Part shown: one piece after another, positions 48,172 to 62,379 of the stretch
Layout: the number at the start of each line of letters is the position of its first letter
Numbering within the stretch: position 1 is the first letter of the stretch
From: Eledone cirrhosa
Lineage: Eukaryota
Direction: 5' to 3'
Length of the DNA: 64,000 nucleotides
Assembly (NCBI GenBank): GCA_964016885.1
Contig: OZ024741.1
Location: 202,368,001 to 202,432,000, forward strand
Notes under the pieces: generated by a model
Database searches by the model: none
The model's input: the letters and a program-made list of their open reading frames with translations, nothing else
What the model was told of the DNA's origin: nothing
Position numbers and translations under genes: made by a program

Positions 48172-49682
48172 GGCAACTTATGAACAACTGTCTTTCCTTA
48201 AGATTTATACAACAATACTGTACTATTATGGGTTATAAGCTCTCTTTCTTTACTGCTACTGATGAAATATTAAGGAATGACACTTTTGAAATATTATATT
48301 TTTTAGAAGATGTCCAAGTATGTGTGAAGAGTATAGTAGTATGTGTGAATGATAAGTTCTAATTAACTGCTTGATTTATTTCTGTTTAAAAGTTTAATTC
48401 TTCTGACTGATACTTAAATGAAAGATGAGTTTGTACAAAAATTCAGGTTGCTATTAATGATTTTAAAAATCTTCTATCAGTTAATTTTATTATTGTTTTA
48501 TGATCCAATTTAGATTCCTGGCTGTGGATACTTCACTTATTGCCACTAATAAAGGAAAGTTCATTGCAGGATCTTATTTAGCTTTAACTATGCAGATAAT
48601 TTTTCCTGGTGAGTTATGTCTGCAACTCTGTTGATACCATGTTGTTTTGCTAATGTGTTTAAATATATTACATGGTAAAGTAGGATGAAAGATGTAAGTA
48701 CTGGGATTAATTCCTGGTTCAGAAACTTTTCTTACACTTATAATTGTAACCCTAAAAACAACAGATTCTGCAGGTTTCTATCATGACTGAACAGCTTAAG
48801 GATTATGGCACAATCATTTAAAAGAAAAAAAACAGACATTGAGTGACAGAAACTATAGAGTGCTAAACTAAGTGCTTTGTAATATTTAGTTTTATCCTTG
48901 TGTATTCAAATATTGAATCTCCTTTGCCTTGGATTCAAGTCAATGAACTGTTACAAATTAATGTTATTCTATGTGAGCTTAATTAATGAGTCAGTTTTGA
49001 TTTGTCAAAACTGCTTTACTTCAGTTATAAAGGTGAAAATCTCAATCTTGATGTGCTTGGTCGGTGATTAAAAGTTCACTTCTAGATATTTGTGGCTAAA
49101 CTATTTTAAATTAAATAAGACATTTAATATATTCTTTTACAAATACAAAGTGAAATATTTATTGATCATACAAATCAAACTTCCTACAGATCCTTTTTGC
49201 AATCCATCATATATTTTTCATTCCATAAAGACTTGTTTTTCTTCAGAGGAGAAAAAGAATGCTGCTGAGGACGGAAAAGCATCAAATATTCATTAAAAAG
49301 AAAAAAAAATATAAACATATATTGTTGTTAGAAAATCGTATCACATTTCTGATTTACTTTCTCTATATTCATTTTGAAACAGGTTTAATAAATAAAAGAA
49401 AAAAATTATCTTTAAAAAAAAAATATCATTTATTATAAATACCGATTGTTATGCATTTATACAAATACAGAAATAAACTCTTAAAGCTGTTGTTTTTATG
49501 AATTAATTGTTAATATTCTTAATATAACCATCAGCTATATACCTGGCTGTGTCCTGAGTTTATAGAATGTATCAGAAAAAAAGTCAGTCTATTATCTCCT
49601 TTAAAAGATATAACAATATGAAAGAATTTAGGTAACTAGCTTAAAAGTGTAACCTACAACACAATATATATATATATATATA

Positions 49683-49781
49683 CAGGGAGTCCCCAAAATG
49701 TACACACATTTCAACAGCATTCTAATAAATATTACCTGTACAGGTAATCACAGTGTATATACATTTTGAGGGGACATCCTG
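49683..49781. mobile_element. Tc1/mariner-type MITE
   Basis: TA-cagggagtccccaaaatgtacacac ... gtgtatatacattttgagggacatcctg-TA imperfect TIRs. Confidence 0.6.
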
Positions 49782-49845
49782 TATGTGTGTGTAAATGTAC
49801 ATACAATTTTTAAATAATCCATATTGGTTGTGACATAACATCATA

Positions 49846-50162
49846 AATAATTGTTTCTACTTTAGGCACAAGGCCAGCAATTATTCCAGTGCATTACTGG
49901 TACTTTATTTTATCGACCCCGTAAGGATGAAAGGCAAAGTCAACCTCGGTCTTTGTTAATATCTTTCATTAATTATAAGGGCTGTGGATTGGCAGAGCAT
50001 TGGAAACACTTGTGGCACATAGTTACAACCCTTTACAGCCTGAGTTCAAATCCTGTCGGGGTTAGCTTTTCCTTTCATCCTTACAGAGTTGATAAAATAA
50101 AGTACCAGTAATTTCCCCTTCTCGTCAATTGCTGGCCTTTGCCAAAAGTAGAAACAATTATG
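49846..50162. mobile_element. Head-to-head pair of SINEs (49846-49950 on -, 49978-50162 on +)
   Basis: Same SINE family in opposite orientations, about 30 bp apart. Confidence 0.7.
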
Positions 50163-52769
50163 TAGTCTACCATCAGTACATTGTTTCTGAGGTTAATATA
50201 CTTCAAATGATATACAGAATTTAATAATGTTTTGATATCTTCTGTATTTTTCTTATCTTCACTAAATTGGACATAACAAACATTAAGTACTGAAGCATAT
50301 ATAAAGAAATTAAATGATTTAAAAGCATCCTATATAAAGGTACAGAGTTCGGTTATCTGTAGCAGCTGCTGGCTACTTTTTTCATCTATAGGAATATTTT
50401 ACCCAATCTTCAAAGCTATTATTTATAACAATGGACTGTAGCCTACAGTTATTTCCTGTTTTCAAGATTTTCTACAATTTCTAAACATTTCAACTCATTC
50501 GACAGTGAACACAGTTGACATAACTGTGACAACCTGTCCAACCCATACCATCATGTGAAGCGAAGATATGATGATGTTTGTGTACATATATTCAAATGTT
50601 AGTTTTTAAGCAAGAGCAGAAGAGAGTATTCAAAAACATGATGGGTAAAGAATATTGTTTGCTTAAACTGAATTATTCTTCTCCTGACTTGAATGCTATG
50701 CCACTGTAATATTTCAGGCCAATATGTTTTGCAGTATTTCAAATTTTTTTTTATATGCATTTAAACACTCGTTTTTCTGTGTGTAGCTATTATTTTATTT
50801 AGCTAGTTGCTAAATATTATTTTGATAGCGTGGTCCTGTTGATTTTCATTGGCCAATATGCCAGTTGTTTTGCCTCTATTTGTTTGATTTTATATATATA
50901 TATCATTGCCCCCAACCCCTTTGATCACAAATGAACCCTAGAAAGTCCCCTCACGAGACACAAGCCTGGGAAAGGTGTTTGTGTAGAAGACCAGCAGTCA
51001 TCAATGCATACCAATCTCTTCTGCCACAAATGTTGTCCATGGGGCATACAGAGACTATACAGCTTGGTACCAGTGATGTTCCAACGCATTTTTTCCAGCT
51101 GAGTGAACTGGAGCAACAGGAAGGGCACAACATACCACCTGGTCCAGAAATTAAACTCACAATTGTGAGCCCAACACCAACCACTATATACATATATATC
51201 ACTGTTTAACATCTATTTTCCATGCCAGCATGGGTTAGACAAGTCAGATCAAGTGATTGTGTTTTGCTCATACAAAACTTTCTGGCTTGGCTTCTATGGC
51301 TGGATACCTTTCCTAACACCAACCACATTTATAGCATGGACTGAGTGGTTTTTACTGTGGCACCAAAATGACCAACTGTTGTAATACCAACACAACCACC
51401 TTCCAGGGTAGATTTGGTGCTTTTATTGTGTCATATAGGTATGGCTCCCCTAAAAATTGGTATTCTGTTGATTTATGTGAAAGTTTTAGCTGATGTCGCT
51501 CAATTTTGTTATAGTGTTTTTTGGCTAATCTATTTTTTATCTCTAAATTGTCAATCATTTTCGTTGGTTGACCCATTGTTCACTTTATTTTTCCTTGTTG
51601 ATCTAAATTGTTACTCTGCTACCACAAAGTTCTTTGGTGTGTTTTCAATGAATATTTTAAATATTTTGTCATTGAATATTATTTCGCCTCTATAATGTGT
51701 AAAGTTAATTCACTGAAAACTTTCTAAGGCCTAAGACACAAGCCTGTTAATTTATTTAATATTTTCCTATATTGATATATGATTAGCAAGTTAATTACAA
51801 CAGCTACACCATAACCAATGTATAAATTCCTTTACTAGTTTCATCTTTGGACACCAACCATTCTGTGGTACCACTCTCAAGGGCTAATCGTTGATTCAAA
51901 TTATGTTGATCATAATGGATTCAAAATTTTGTTGATCTCTATTTATTGAATTACTAAGTTATGCATTGAGCATAAAGGGATACAACTCAATACCAGTTTA
52001 CGCGAGTAAACAGTAAGACATACACATCCACCAGAGCCTGTTTGCTTCACCTTTTTCAAATCTTTGCAAATAATTTGCATTCAAGACCCACATCTCACTA
52101 CAATGCAGCACCATACAGTCTACCCTTTGCTCTGAGAGTCAAGCCCAATCCTTTCTTATTCTAGTTACTATGCTTTTACAACACCCACCTCCAGTGCTAA
52201 TTAGGTCACCTCAGTCACAATCCACATACAAACCTGCATTTTATAGCACCAGCACTAAGGATGTTGTCATGTCTTTGTTACAGCTGAAGAGTCTTTCCAA
52301 CCTTACAAAGATTCAAAACTTAAAGAACCTCTTTGAAAAATGAACATTTCTTAACAGGGGAAAAAAAAAAAAAATTCTACATCCATCATTAGAAAGAGTC
52401 TATCAATTGTATTTTAAATTTACCTATTCCTCTTTTCCTTTCTTCTATCCTTACCAATCTCACTCTTCCTCTTTTTATCTAAGCATACTGACTCATATCT
52501 GCATCTCTTTCTTTAAATTTTGTGTGTATGTTTATATATCCATATATGTATTAGTTGTTTGTTTTTCTATGTGACTGTAAATATCTTTTAGTGCATATTT
52601 TTGTTTTCTACATTTTCATCTTTTACTAATGCTTTTAAATATCTCCCCCACCGCCTTGATTGACCTACATTTTCTGTCTATAAATTCTTCTTTAACCTTT
52701 GTAAACAAATCTAGTTGTATAACTTCTGTATGTATATATATATATATATATATATACTTATTTTCTAGA

Positions 52770-55700
52770 TCTATAGCTGAATCCATTAAAGACCTAGAGA
52801 ATAAGTTCCAACTATGGAAACAGAATTTAGACTCAAAAGGCCTGAGAGGAAACGTAGCCAAAACTAAAGATCTAGTGAGTAAGAGAGAAGATAGGACCCT
52901 GATCAATATACATATTGAGTAGGCATAAACTCCATACAATGTATACAAATGTAAATCTTGGGTACACAAAAGATGTAGTGGGATAACAGGTGGGCTAACA
53001 GGAAAGGAAGACTTCGTTTGTAGAGGATGCACAGGGGTAACAGAGGAAGATAACCAGTAATGTAAGCCTATTCCAGTCACAGGAAGGACCCATAGAAGTG
53101 TTTGATATCTTCTGCTATCTAGACAACGTAATTAGCAATGGAGTGAGGGGTGCTCTGAGAGCATAATAGCTAGAATAAGGATAGGATGAGAAAGTTCAGA
53201 GAGCTACTCTTACTGTTGACTACAAAAGGTGTCTCTCTAAGTACAAAAGGTCGAGTATATGATGCCTGTGCATGAAGTGCTATGCTGCATGGTAATGAAA
53301 CATGAGCTGTGAGTGCAGAGGATGTACATAGAATGGAGAAAAATGAAGCAACCATGCTCCGTTGGATGTGCAATGTAAGTGTGAGAGAGAGGCAGAGCTT
53401 GAACAAGTTGAAGGAGAAACTGGGTTTAAGAGGAATTTGAGGTGGTGTGCAGAAGAGAAGATTGTAATGATTTGGACATGTGCATAGACAATAATTGTTA
53501 GGTGAAGAAGTGCCAGGAAATGCTAGTGGAAGGAAGCTGCAGTAGATGTAGACTAAGAAAGACTTGGGCAGAGGTTGTGAGAGCTGACCTCCAACCGCTG
53601 AGACTCACAGAAGAGATGACTGAGGGTCGCAAGACATGGAGAGATGCTATGCTGAGAAGGACCCGTCCAATTCATGAAAGCATGGAAAAGCAAAATTCTA
53701 GCCACAAAACGAGACAAACAAATGGTTGTAAATACCAAGTCCTGTTCTGGGCAGGAATGTACCTCCCAACATAGATTAGTTGTCCGTGATTTTAGAATAA
53801 GGGATAGGAGGACCAAGAAACAAAAGCCTGTCTGGAAAAGGAAGACTGAGAAGCTGAAAGAACCCTCTGTAAATAACAAATTTAGAGAAATCCTTCGTGA
53901 CACCTATAACAATAAGGAGGAGGAGTTAGGGACACCTGACAGAAAAATTGGGAATTTCTACAGAACAACCAAGGTCCTGTCAAGATGGAGGGTGACATGC
54001 TGGTGGAATGACAAGATAGATAGAGCTATTGAAATAAAAAGACAAGCTTGAGAAAATAGAACGGAGGAGGAAGACCAGATAACAAGAGGAGCAAGACCAG
54101 ATAACAAGAAGGGTGGCTAGGCACCAAGTATATCTAGTGAGGGGAAAGGCAGAAAAGAAAAAGTTTGCACATGTTCTGTGGTGAAGATCAGAGGCATGAA
54201 CTGTATAGGATTGTGAAACAGTATGCTAGAGAAAATCGTGATGTGGTTGGAGAAAAGTGTGTTTGAAATGACAGTGGAGCACTTGCCCTGTCTGAAGCCA
54301 CAAAGAAGGAGGTATGGAAGACATACTTTGAGAGACTGCTGAACAAGGAAAATGAATGGGACAGTGAGGGCCTATCCCATGCTGACCCCACTGACTAGCA
54401 ATAAAAGTTGACAGCAGTTTGATAAATAAAGCAATTAAGGACATGAAGGTAGAAAAGTAGCTGGGCCATCTGGTATAGAAGCTGAGATGCTAAAAGCATC
54501 TGGCATGGTAGGATACGAGCTAGTCAGATGCATAGTTCATCAAGTAGTACAGGATGGTGTCACACCCAATGACTGGTGCAGCAGTGTCATTGTAAATTTC
54601 TACAAAGGCAAAGGGGATGCACTAGAGAGAAGTAACTATAGAGACATCAAGTTAATGGACCAAGTCATGAAAGTTCCTGAATAGGTTATACCATGGCTAA
54701 TTTGGGACAGAATCAGCTTAGATGAGATGCAGTTCAGATTTATGCCAGGTAGGAGTACAGTTGATGCCCTCTTTCTGGTGAGACAACTACAGGACATGAT
54801 AACAGTAAGCCACTGTACCTAGCATTTGTAGATCTAGAGAAAGTCTTTAACAGGGTCCCATGCTGTATAATCTGGAGGGCACTGAGGAAGCTAGGTGTAG
54901 ATGAATGGCTTGTGAGGGTCATGCAGGCCATGTATAGAGGAGCAACCAGCAGAGAGAGTTGGCAATAGGTACAGTGATGAATTTGAAGTGCAGGTGGGAG
55001 TCCACTCCTGTTTATCATTGTACTTCAGGCCATCACTGAGAAGATTAAAACTGGTGCTCCATGGGAGTTCCTTTATGCTGACAATCATAGTTGAATCCAT
55101 AGGAGAATTAGAAGCCAAATTTCAAGCATAGAAGAAAAGCCTAGAGCTGAGGGGCCTAAGAGTACACGTAGAAAAGAAGACAGGAAGGCGATACCATCAA
55201 GGAAATTGCCTTGTTCGCTATGTCAGAAAAGAGTGGGCAGAAATTCCAAAAGGTACACACAATGTAAATTATGGATGCACAGGAAATGGAGTGGGAGTGC
55301 AGGTAGGCTAATGGAAAAGATATATCTGCCAGATGCACAGAAGTAAGCACACGTGAAATAGATCCCTTCAGCTGCTAGGGGAGCTCTCTAAAATTTGTGG
55401 ACAGCTTTTGCTACTGAGGTGATCAAACTAGTAGTGGGGGGGTGGATGTGCTGAATGTGTGATAGCTAGGATAAGAACAGGCTAGAAGTTTAGGGATCTA
55501 TTACCACTACAAACAACAAATGCTTTTCTCTCAGAGTACGGGTAGACTACATGGTAGTGAAACATGGGCCTTGACTGCAGAAGACCTGCGGAGGCTAGAA
55601 AAAAATGCTTTGATGGATGTGTAATATTAGTGTGCATGATCACTGAGGGAAAAACTTGGCTTAAGAGGAATTCGATGTAGTGTGCAAGAGAGAAGACTGT

Positions 55701-56390
55701 ATTGGTATGGACATGTGATGCACATGGAAGACAGCAGCTGCATAAAGAAATGCAGAGAAACCCCAGTGGCTGAGACTCATGGAAGAGGCAGACCCAGGAA
55801 GACATGGGATGATGTTGTGAAAACTGACCTTAAAAAAACCTAAACCTTATGACAGAAAATGACTAAAGACCGTGAGGGCTGGTGCTATGCAGTGCTGAGG
55901 AAGACCTGATCCGACCTACATCCATGCCCCTACCTTTACTAGCACTCCCCAATAGTTATCCTCAACATCACTACTTCAACCCCACCATGCATGCCCTGCT
56001 TCCTGTGAAGTAGTTAGTATGTTGGAAGGACATTCAGCTGTGGGGCTAAACAAAGGACTAGGAAGACCCTTCAGCCGTGTCATGGACATGACAGCCTCCT
56101 TGTGTTTGGTGACCTACACAATACAAACTAAAGTTGGAGGGCTTCTAACCATAGAAATCTTGCCAAACATAAGGGTTGGGAGGACCCTCAGTTGTATCAA
56201 TGACATGACAACCACTCCTGTGCACTTGGTAGAATGTTGACTATATAAAGTGAGTCGCAGACCTCTGGCCTCCATGGGAGATCAGTGACTGCTTCAGTAC
56301 TGACTTGGTTTATGTAGACACGTCCAATCCTTGCTAGCAGGGGAAGCGAACGTTAAAACGATGACGACAATGGTGATGACCATGATACAC
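52770..56390 (+). mobile_element. Two old RTE LINE fragments in tandem (about 52770-53690 and 53690-56390)
   Basis: Heavily mutated RT, zinc-finger and C-terminal motifs occur twice; terminal cgttaaaacgatgacgac tail. Confidence 0.85.
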
Positions 56391-57580
56391 ACACACACAC
56401 AAATGTTTTTTGGTTACAAAAGAAAAAGCATACTCATGAGTTTATTCATTTAGAAACAATTGAGGATTCACTGTCACTACTTTCCTGTCACACAAGGTTG
56501 TTCAGCTGACACTATGATGAATGTGTATGTAAACAAACGGCCAGATAAAACAGGTCAACAACGGTTAGATGCACGATTGAATTGTGGCTTAGCAACTACT
56601 GTTGATGTTAAGCTACTAATTCATAGTAATTTACTTGTGTAAGGGAGAGAACTACAATTTACCGAATTACAGTAGGTGGGGGCAACTCTGCTTAAATTTC
56701 GAAACGATCCAGTAGGAATGGTGTTCTTTAACAACGAAGATAAGATCTCAGTGGTTTGTTTCATGATCTAAAATTTCTCAGATAAATACAAGTTGTACTC
56801 TCTTCCTTCGTTAGTGTGTGCGGTGCTCTATCCACAATATTCCAAGTTTGGAGAACATTTCAAATTCTACTGTTCATTAATTTCCAGAGGTATTGCAATA
56901 AAGAGAGAATTTTTATCTCTCAACTGATGACCTGGTTGTATCTGACCTTGAAGGTCTGTGTAATAAATCCCATATAATTCCTCAATATCATCCGTAAGGG
57001 TTAATCTTACTCTATAGAGGCAAAATACTCTAAAGCTGTATTTCTGCAATTGCAAGCTGGCTTTTATATAAACGTGTCATTGACTGCAATGCTCTCCATG
57101 CAACTTAAGCTTATCCATGTTATTAGCAAGAAATTCAAGAATAGAGAAAAGTTAAAACAGTAACAACAATAAACATAGAGGGGGGGAGGTTAAAACAGAA
57201 AGGATAATAGATTTTAAACTGCAATGAGAAACAGATCTTAAACTTAAATTAGCCACAAAATGAAACAAATCCAAATATAATTTCAATAATTGTAATTGTA
57301 TTTTATAAATGACGTTTTTTTGTATTTCTATAAAACAACATATTGTATATATTATCGGATCAAAGAAAACAATATGAAGTCTTTTGAATAAATATACTTC
57401 CTAAGTAAACTTTTTCAACATTTGAACTGATAAATTTTATACAAATGTAAATAAGAGCAGTCACAAAAGTATGATATTTCTTCATCTCCTATTTAAAAAA
57501 AAACTAAAAGATGAAGAAAAATATGCAAGGATAAAAAAAAGGCAGCAGTGTTGATCTAATCAAATTGACAGCATAATTAG

Positions 57581-58068
57581 TTAGCATTTCTTTTCTTTGT
57601 ACCAATCAAGTATTTTTGTTTGCAAAATGTCCACTCCAAAATATGATGTAGTTATCACAGTATAGAAGATACTGATGAATAGACAGTACCAGCGAACAAA
57701 TGATGAACAATAGAAACAATAAAGCATAAAAAGTAACAAAATACTCCAACCTATTAAAAACACATATAAGATAGTGCGGACCAAAAACTCACTTCGCGCT
57801 CTATACGGGCCCCTAGGATTTGATTTTAATTCTACTGAGAAAACTTTCTCTGTATAAAATTGTTTCAGCAGATTTTCTTTTGTGTTCCATGCATCTTTAC
57901 ACCATAGTATGAGATCATCATGTGCTTTTGGGAGCTTATCATTTGGAAATGTACGTACATAAAAGTGAACTTCTTTTGGAAAATTTCCCATAACAATATC
58001 AATTTCATCTTGAGGAATATTAATAGGATAAGCAATTGAAAGGTCCCAGATAGCTTCCATTTGATTAT
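57581..58068 (-). CDS. LCLAT1: LCLAT1 terminal coding exon (DNQMEAIWDLSIAYP...KEKKC*)
   Basis: tttag acceptor in phase 1. AYPxNIPQ...GNFPKEVHF...LWCxxxWxxKE acyltransferase C-terminal region, two hydrophobic helices and a KxKxx ER-retrieval-type end. Confidence 0.92.
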
Positions 58069-59285
58069 CTAAAGAATAAATAAAAAAAATTTGAATAGTA
58101 ATCAAGCCACATTATCTTTTAAGTTTACACAAAAAAATACAGTTTATATGTACTTTGGTACATAGGTATTTTACTTTTCTCTACCAGCGAGTACTGTTAA
58201 AATGTAAAGATAATGACATTCATTAGTATCCACTAATAATTGAAAACTGGTTTCTGATAGTGATTGTATGGAAAATATACAGAAAGAAATTTAAATAGTG
58301 AAACAAATAAAACATTAGCAATCCAGCATAGGAGCTTCTATTCTATTAGAATATAGTTTTTGTTTCACAACACCAATACATAAGGAGTTTCCATTATGTT
58401 AAGTTTCAACAAGTTTCCCAAATTTTTGTTTACTTCTAAGCACTTACATGCTAGAAGTACTTTAAAAACAAAAGATCAAATAAGAGAAATTTATATAGGG
58501 ATTCATAGAGTAAAAGAGGGAGGGAGAGACTGAATAAAAGTAAGATTGAAAGAAAAAATATTGTCAGAGAGAAACCCGTGTACATGAGTGTGCATGCACA
58601 TATACATGAGTGCACGTGTGCATGAGTATGTGAATGGGATATTTATGTATTAAAAAGTTCAAATTATAAAATTGTGTAGGAAATATTTTCAAGGGAATGC
58701 ATAAATAATACCAACAACAATGTAGTAAATGTAGAAAAACTGTTTCATTGTGAAATAATCACTCCGGATATTTTAGCACCTTATTTACATAGAATTTGAA
58801 GTTGGTGAAAATCATCTAAATATTGACCCCAGATATAAGTCGATCCCCTAACCACCATTTTACCATCGATTTTTGGTCACGTACTCTTGAGTCAACATTA
58901 CACAAAATTTCATTTGAACTAAAATTGTTTGAAAAAACAAAAGCAAAACCAGTTTTGTATATTTTATTTTCCTCTACAATTTAACAGTGGTAAAACAGTT
59001 ATTTATAGGGTGAAATGAAAAATATAATTTAGCAAAATGATAATTTTTGGACTATTAAACCATTTGTCTTGAAAAAAATGTAATACCTTACATATATTTT
59101 TAAATATTTCCTCTCTAAACATGAGGTTAAGAGAAGTCCAAAAACTTGTAATCTATTAACAACAATTCATCTTGGATATTTGGACATGAAATTTGGTGTT
59201 TTAAATTTTAATTTCAAATAATATATATATATATTAAAGATGAAAACAAAAAAAAAATCATAATTCTTAAAAGATGTACAGATAC

Positions 59286-59436
59286 CTTTGCGTAGGTGTT
59301 CAGCAATATACACAAATCCGGTGGTTTTGGGATGTAAAACATATTGATATTTTTCTAAATTGTGTTTTTCAGCATAGTCATTACTCTTCTTCATAGTAGC
59401 TTCAGTCAAATCTGTTCCTTCTGGAAACAAAAGAAC
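59286..59436 (-). CDS. LCLAT1: LCLAT1 exon (VLLFPEGTDLTE...YVLHPKTTGF...HLRK)
   Basis: cag/gt boundaries, phase 0 to 1. FPEGTD and VLHPxTTGF motifs of the LCLAT1/AGPAT8 group. Confidence 0.93.
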
Positions 59437-59527
59437 CTGCAGAAAAATAAAACCTTAAAGATATAATTTTTTCTTTCTACTAACAAGCTAGAATAGATAT
59501 ATTTATACAAAAGACAACAAGAAGTAC

Positions 59528-59685
59528 TCACCAGATTCTTATGCAATCATAAGTGTAGTTTTGCAATCATGTGGATTTGTCGCTGGTCATGTATTACCAT
59601 CCAGTTGTGATGCCCAATGGATGGTAATACATGACCAGCAACATATTCACATGGTTGCACCTATGATTGCATAAGCATCTGATGA
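59528..59685. repeat. Long inverted repeat (hairpin) in an LCLAT1 intron
   Basis: Arms of about 70 bp; the inner 22 bp are perfect (gctggtcatgtattaccatcca/tggatggtaatacatgaccagc) around a 14-nt loop. Confidence 0.9.
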
Positions 59686-59959
59686 AGCCACATAAATAAC
59701 CATCTAACAGAAATATATATCATGCAATAAAGCAATTATGGTGAAATAATCATGTCTTTACTCTTATTTGATAAATGAATACTCCATCACTTCTAATCAC
59801 CAACCCTGAGATAAACTACTGGAGTGAAGTGCTTTTGGCATGCTCGGATCGGCTTATCCTCGAGAAGTTGCTATGTATCAACCACATATAAACAACTTAT
59901 CTTCTGCAATATATATATTGCTCTGACAAATTAACAATATATATATATATATATATATA

Positions 59960-61922
59960 TTGTTATACTTTGGGAGGGTCATGCTGCCAATAAAAACACA
60001 CACACACCTGTTGGTTTTCACTTTAATTTATTACAAATTTCCAATTCAATAACTGGATGGTTGTTTATATATTGTCAAAGCTCTTTCGTCACACATTCTG
60101 TGACCTCCTCAGTGACTGATTTCTTATTTTGTGTCTCTCCTACACCATCTTGTTTTTGTGTGTTGCACGCTGTGTACTTGGTTTGCGCATGTGTATGTTT
60201 TTATTTATATGTTTATTTTCCCATCTTGGAGTTCTCACCAGTGTTCATTTATTCTTTCTCCTATGTAACAGGCTGTCTCACCTATGTAAGTGCAGGGTAT
60301 TTTTTAAAAGCATATGTTTTACTAATTAGGGCTTTTATGGGAATACCTGGTCTTTCAACAACCTTAATACTTAATTTTTCTTTGTCTAGAGCCCTTCTAA
60401 ATCTATAAGCTAGTTTGCCTTTGGATAATATGAAAGTTAACATATGGACTGCGGACTTAGTAAGAGTGATGAAGAATGTGTCCCACATGTGCAATCCTAA
60501 AGAATTAGAGAGACACATACAGCACTTCATCTACCACATGCAGTTCTCTGGCTACAACCAGAGACAGGATCAGGGTATATAAAAGAGCCAGGACCAAATG
60601 GGCAAAGATTGTAGAAAATGATGCAAATGGGACTTGCCCCATGTATAGGAGCACATTTTGGAATAAGATAGAAAGAATTAAGAAAAAGACCAATAAAATC
60701 AACTCATGGTATGATAGCAATAAATACAAGAGTGAAATGTTCAATGCAACCTCTAGAGGTGAACTAGCTTACAGATTTAGAAGGGCTCTAGACAAACAAA
60801 AATTAAATATTAGAGATAGTTGAAAGACCAGGTATTCCCATAAAAGCCTTAATTTATCATCATCATCATCATTTAACATCAATTCTTCCACACTGGCATG
60901 GGTTAGATGAGTTATCCTATTGTGAGCAATGCTAGATCAGGTGATCATGCCATGCTCATACAAAACTGATTTTGGCTTGATTTCTACAGCTGGATACCCT
61001 TCCTAGCGTCAACCTCATTTACAGTGAGTACTTGGTGCTTTTTGCTGTGACACCTACACGACCACTTTACAGTGTGGGCTGAGCACTTGTCTCAAACACA
61101 ACCAATTTTCAGCGTAGTAGAATATATCCATTTTAAAATAACCCTTCAGTGATAGGAAATGCATTGTCTGCAAATTAAGTCCACAAACTAATTGCAAAAC
61201 TAGGAATGTAGTATATAGCATAAGATGTACTGAGGGACAGTGTAAGAATAAGAACATAACTTACATAGGTGAGACAGCCCATAGCCTAGGAGAAAGGATA
61301 AATGAACACTGGCGAGAACTCTGAGATGGGAAAAACTTATCAGTACTCCACCAACATGCCAAAATGGAACATAGGGGCACACTAGAGAACATAGAGATAA
61401 AAATTATATCCACACACAGAAAAGACGCAATGCTCTGACAAATTACAGAAGTGACAAACATGAACAAACACCAACCAAAATTAGACAGAAAACACGAGTG
61501 GAAGAGCAGCAACATATAATAATTAATAATTAAGGACAACTAATAATTAAGGACAAAATAAAGACATACAGACACACATAAGAACCAAACTAATAAAACA
61601 AATCAGACACACAGAGATAGAACAAGCAACCAACTAATGACAAGTAAATAAACACACACACCCGAATATAACACATGCACAAACTAAGTACACAGCACGC
61701 AACACACAAAAACAAAATGGTGTAGGACAGAACCAAGGAGATACACAAAATAAAAAATCAATCACTGAGGTCACAAAATGTGTGATGAAAGAGCTTTGAC
61801 AATATATAAACAACCATACGTTTATTGAAGCAACCAACCGAAAATTTGTAATAAATTGAAGTGAAAACCAACAGGTGCATGTGTTTTTATTGGCAGTATG
61901 ACCCTACCAAAGTATAACAATA
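59960..61922 (+). mobile_element. Decayed Penelope-like element (second family) with inverted 5' copy, interrupted by an RTE tail at about 60857-61085
   Basis: About 61151-61380 reads DRKCIVCK...NCKTRNVVYSIRC...TYIGETAHSLGERINEH (GIY-YIG domain). 59960-60450 is an internally deleted reverse complement of 60730-61920. Confidence 0.8.
60074..60116 (-). ncRNA. Minimal hammerhead-like motif in the decayed PLE
   Basis: GUCA-CUGAGGA-G-GUCACA gaaug UGUGAC-GAAA-GAGC-UU-UGAC. The + strand copy at 61761-61800 has a deletion in the core. Confidence 0.6.
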
Positions 61923-62379
61923 TCTGTTCCAACACGCGTTTTCAGATAAGAAATCTTGCAAAACAAATTAAAAAATTATATATATATATATATATATATC
62001 ATCCAACATACAGAGTATATAGGATTTGAAGTGTGTTAACAACACTGTCAGGTCTATCATATTAAATGTTTTCAGTATTCAACTATTAAGCACGTGATAG
62101 ACTTGACAATCTATGAATATGTTTGAAGAAAGATGTATCCACAGACATTGTTAAACCTAGGCCATGAACATGTCTCATGTTTAGAATTATTTTATGGTTT
62201 GGGACAAGATAAAACATTTCACTGAGATTTTTATTCTGTAACAGGGAGCATGGAATTTTGTGGTGCAGAATGACAAGTTATCATTTTCTTAGTTGCATAA
62301 TGTCTTATAGAAATGCATATCTTAATTTTCAGCATAACTTCGTGTTGTTTTGCCTTAGTTCAGTTCTGATCATGTAGAC

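Noticed and set aside
48180-48362. 60-aa ORF after the receptor stop codon
   Set aside because: Lies in the presumed 3' UTR with no motif support.
56867-57055. Extra exon or small gene downstream of LCLAT1
   Set aside because: Non-ATG start and no recognisable homology; probably 3' UTR or repeat.
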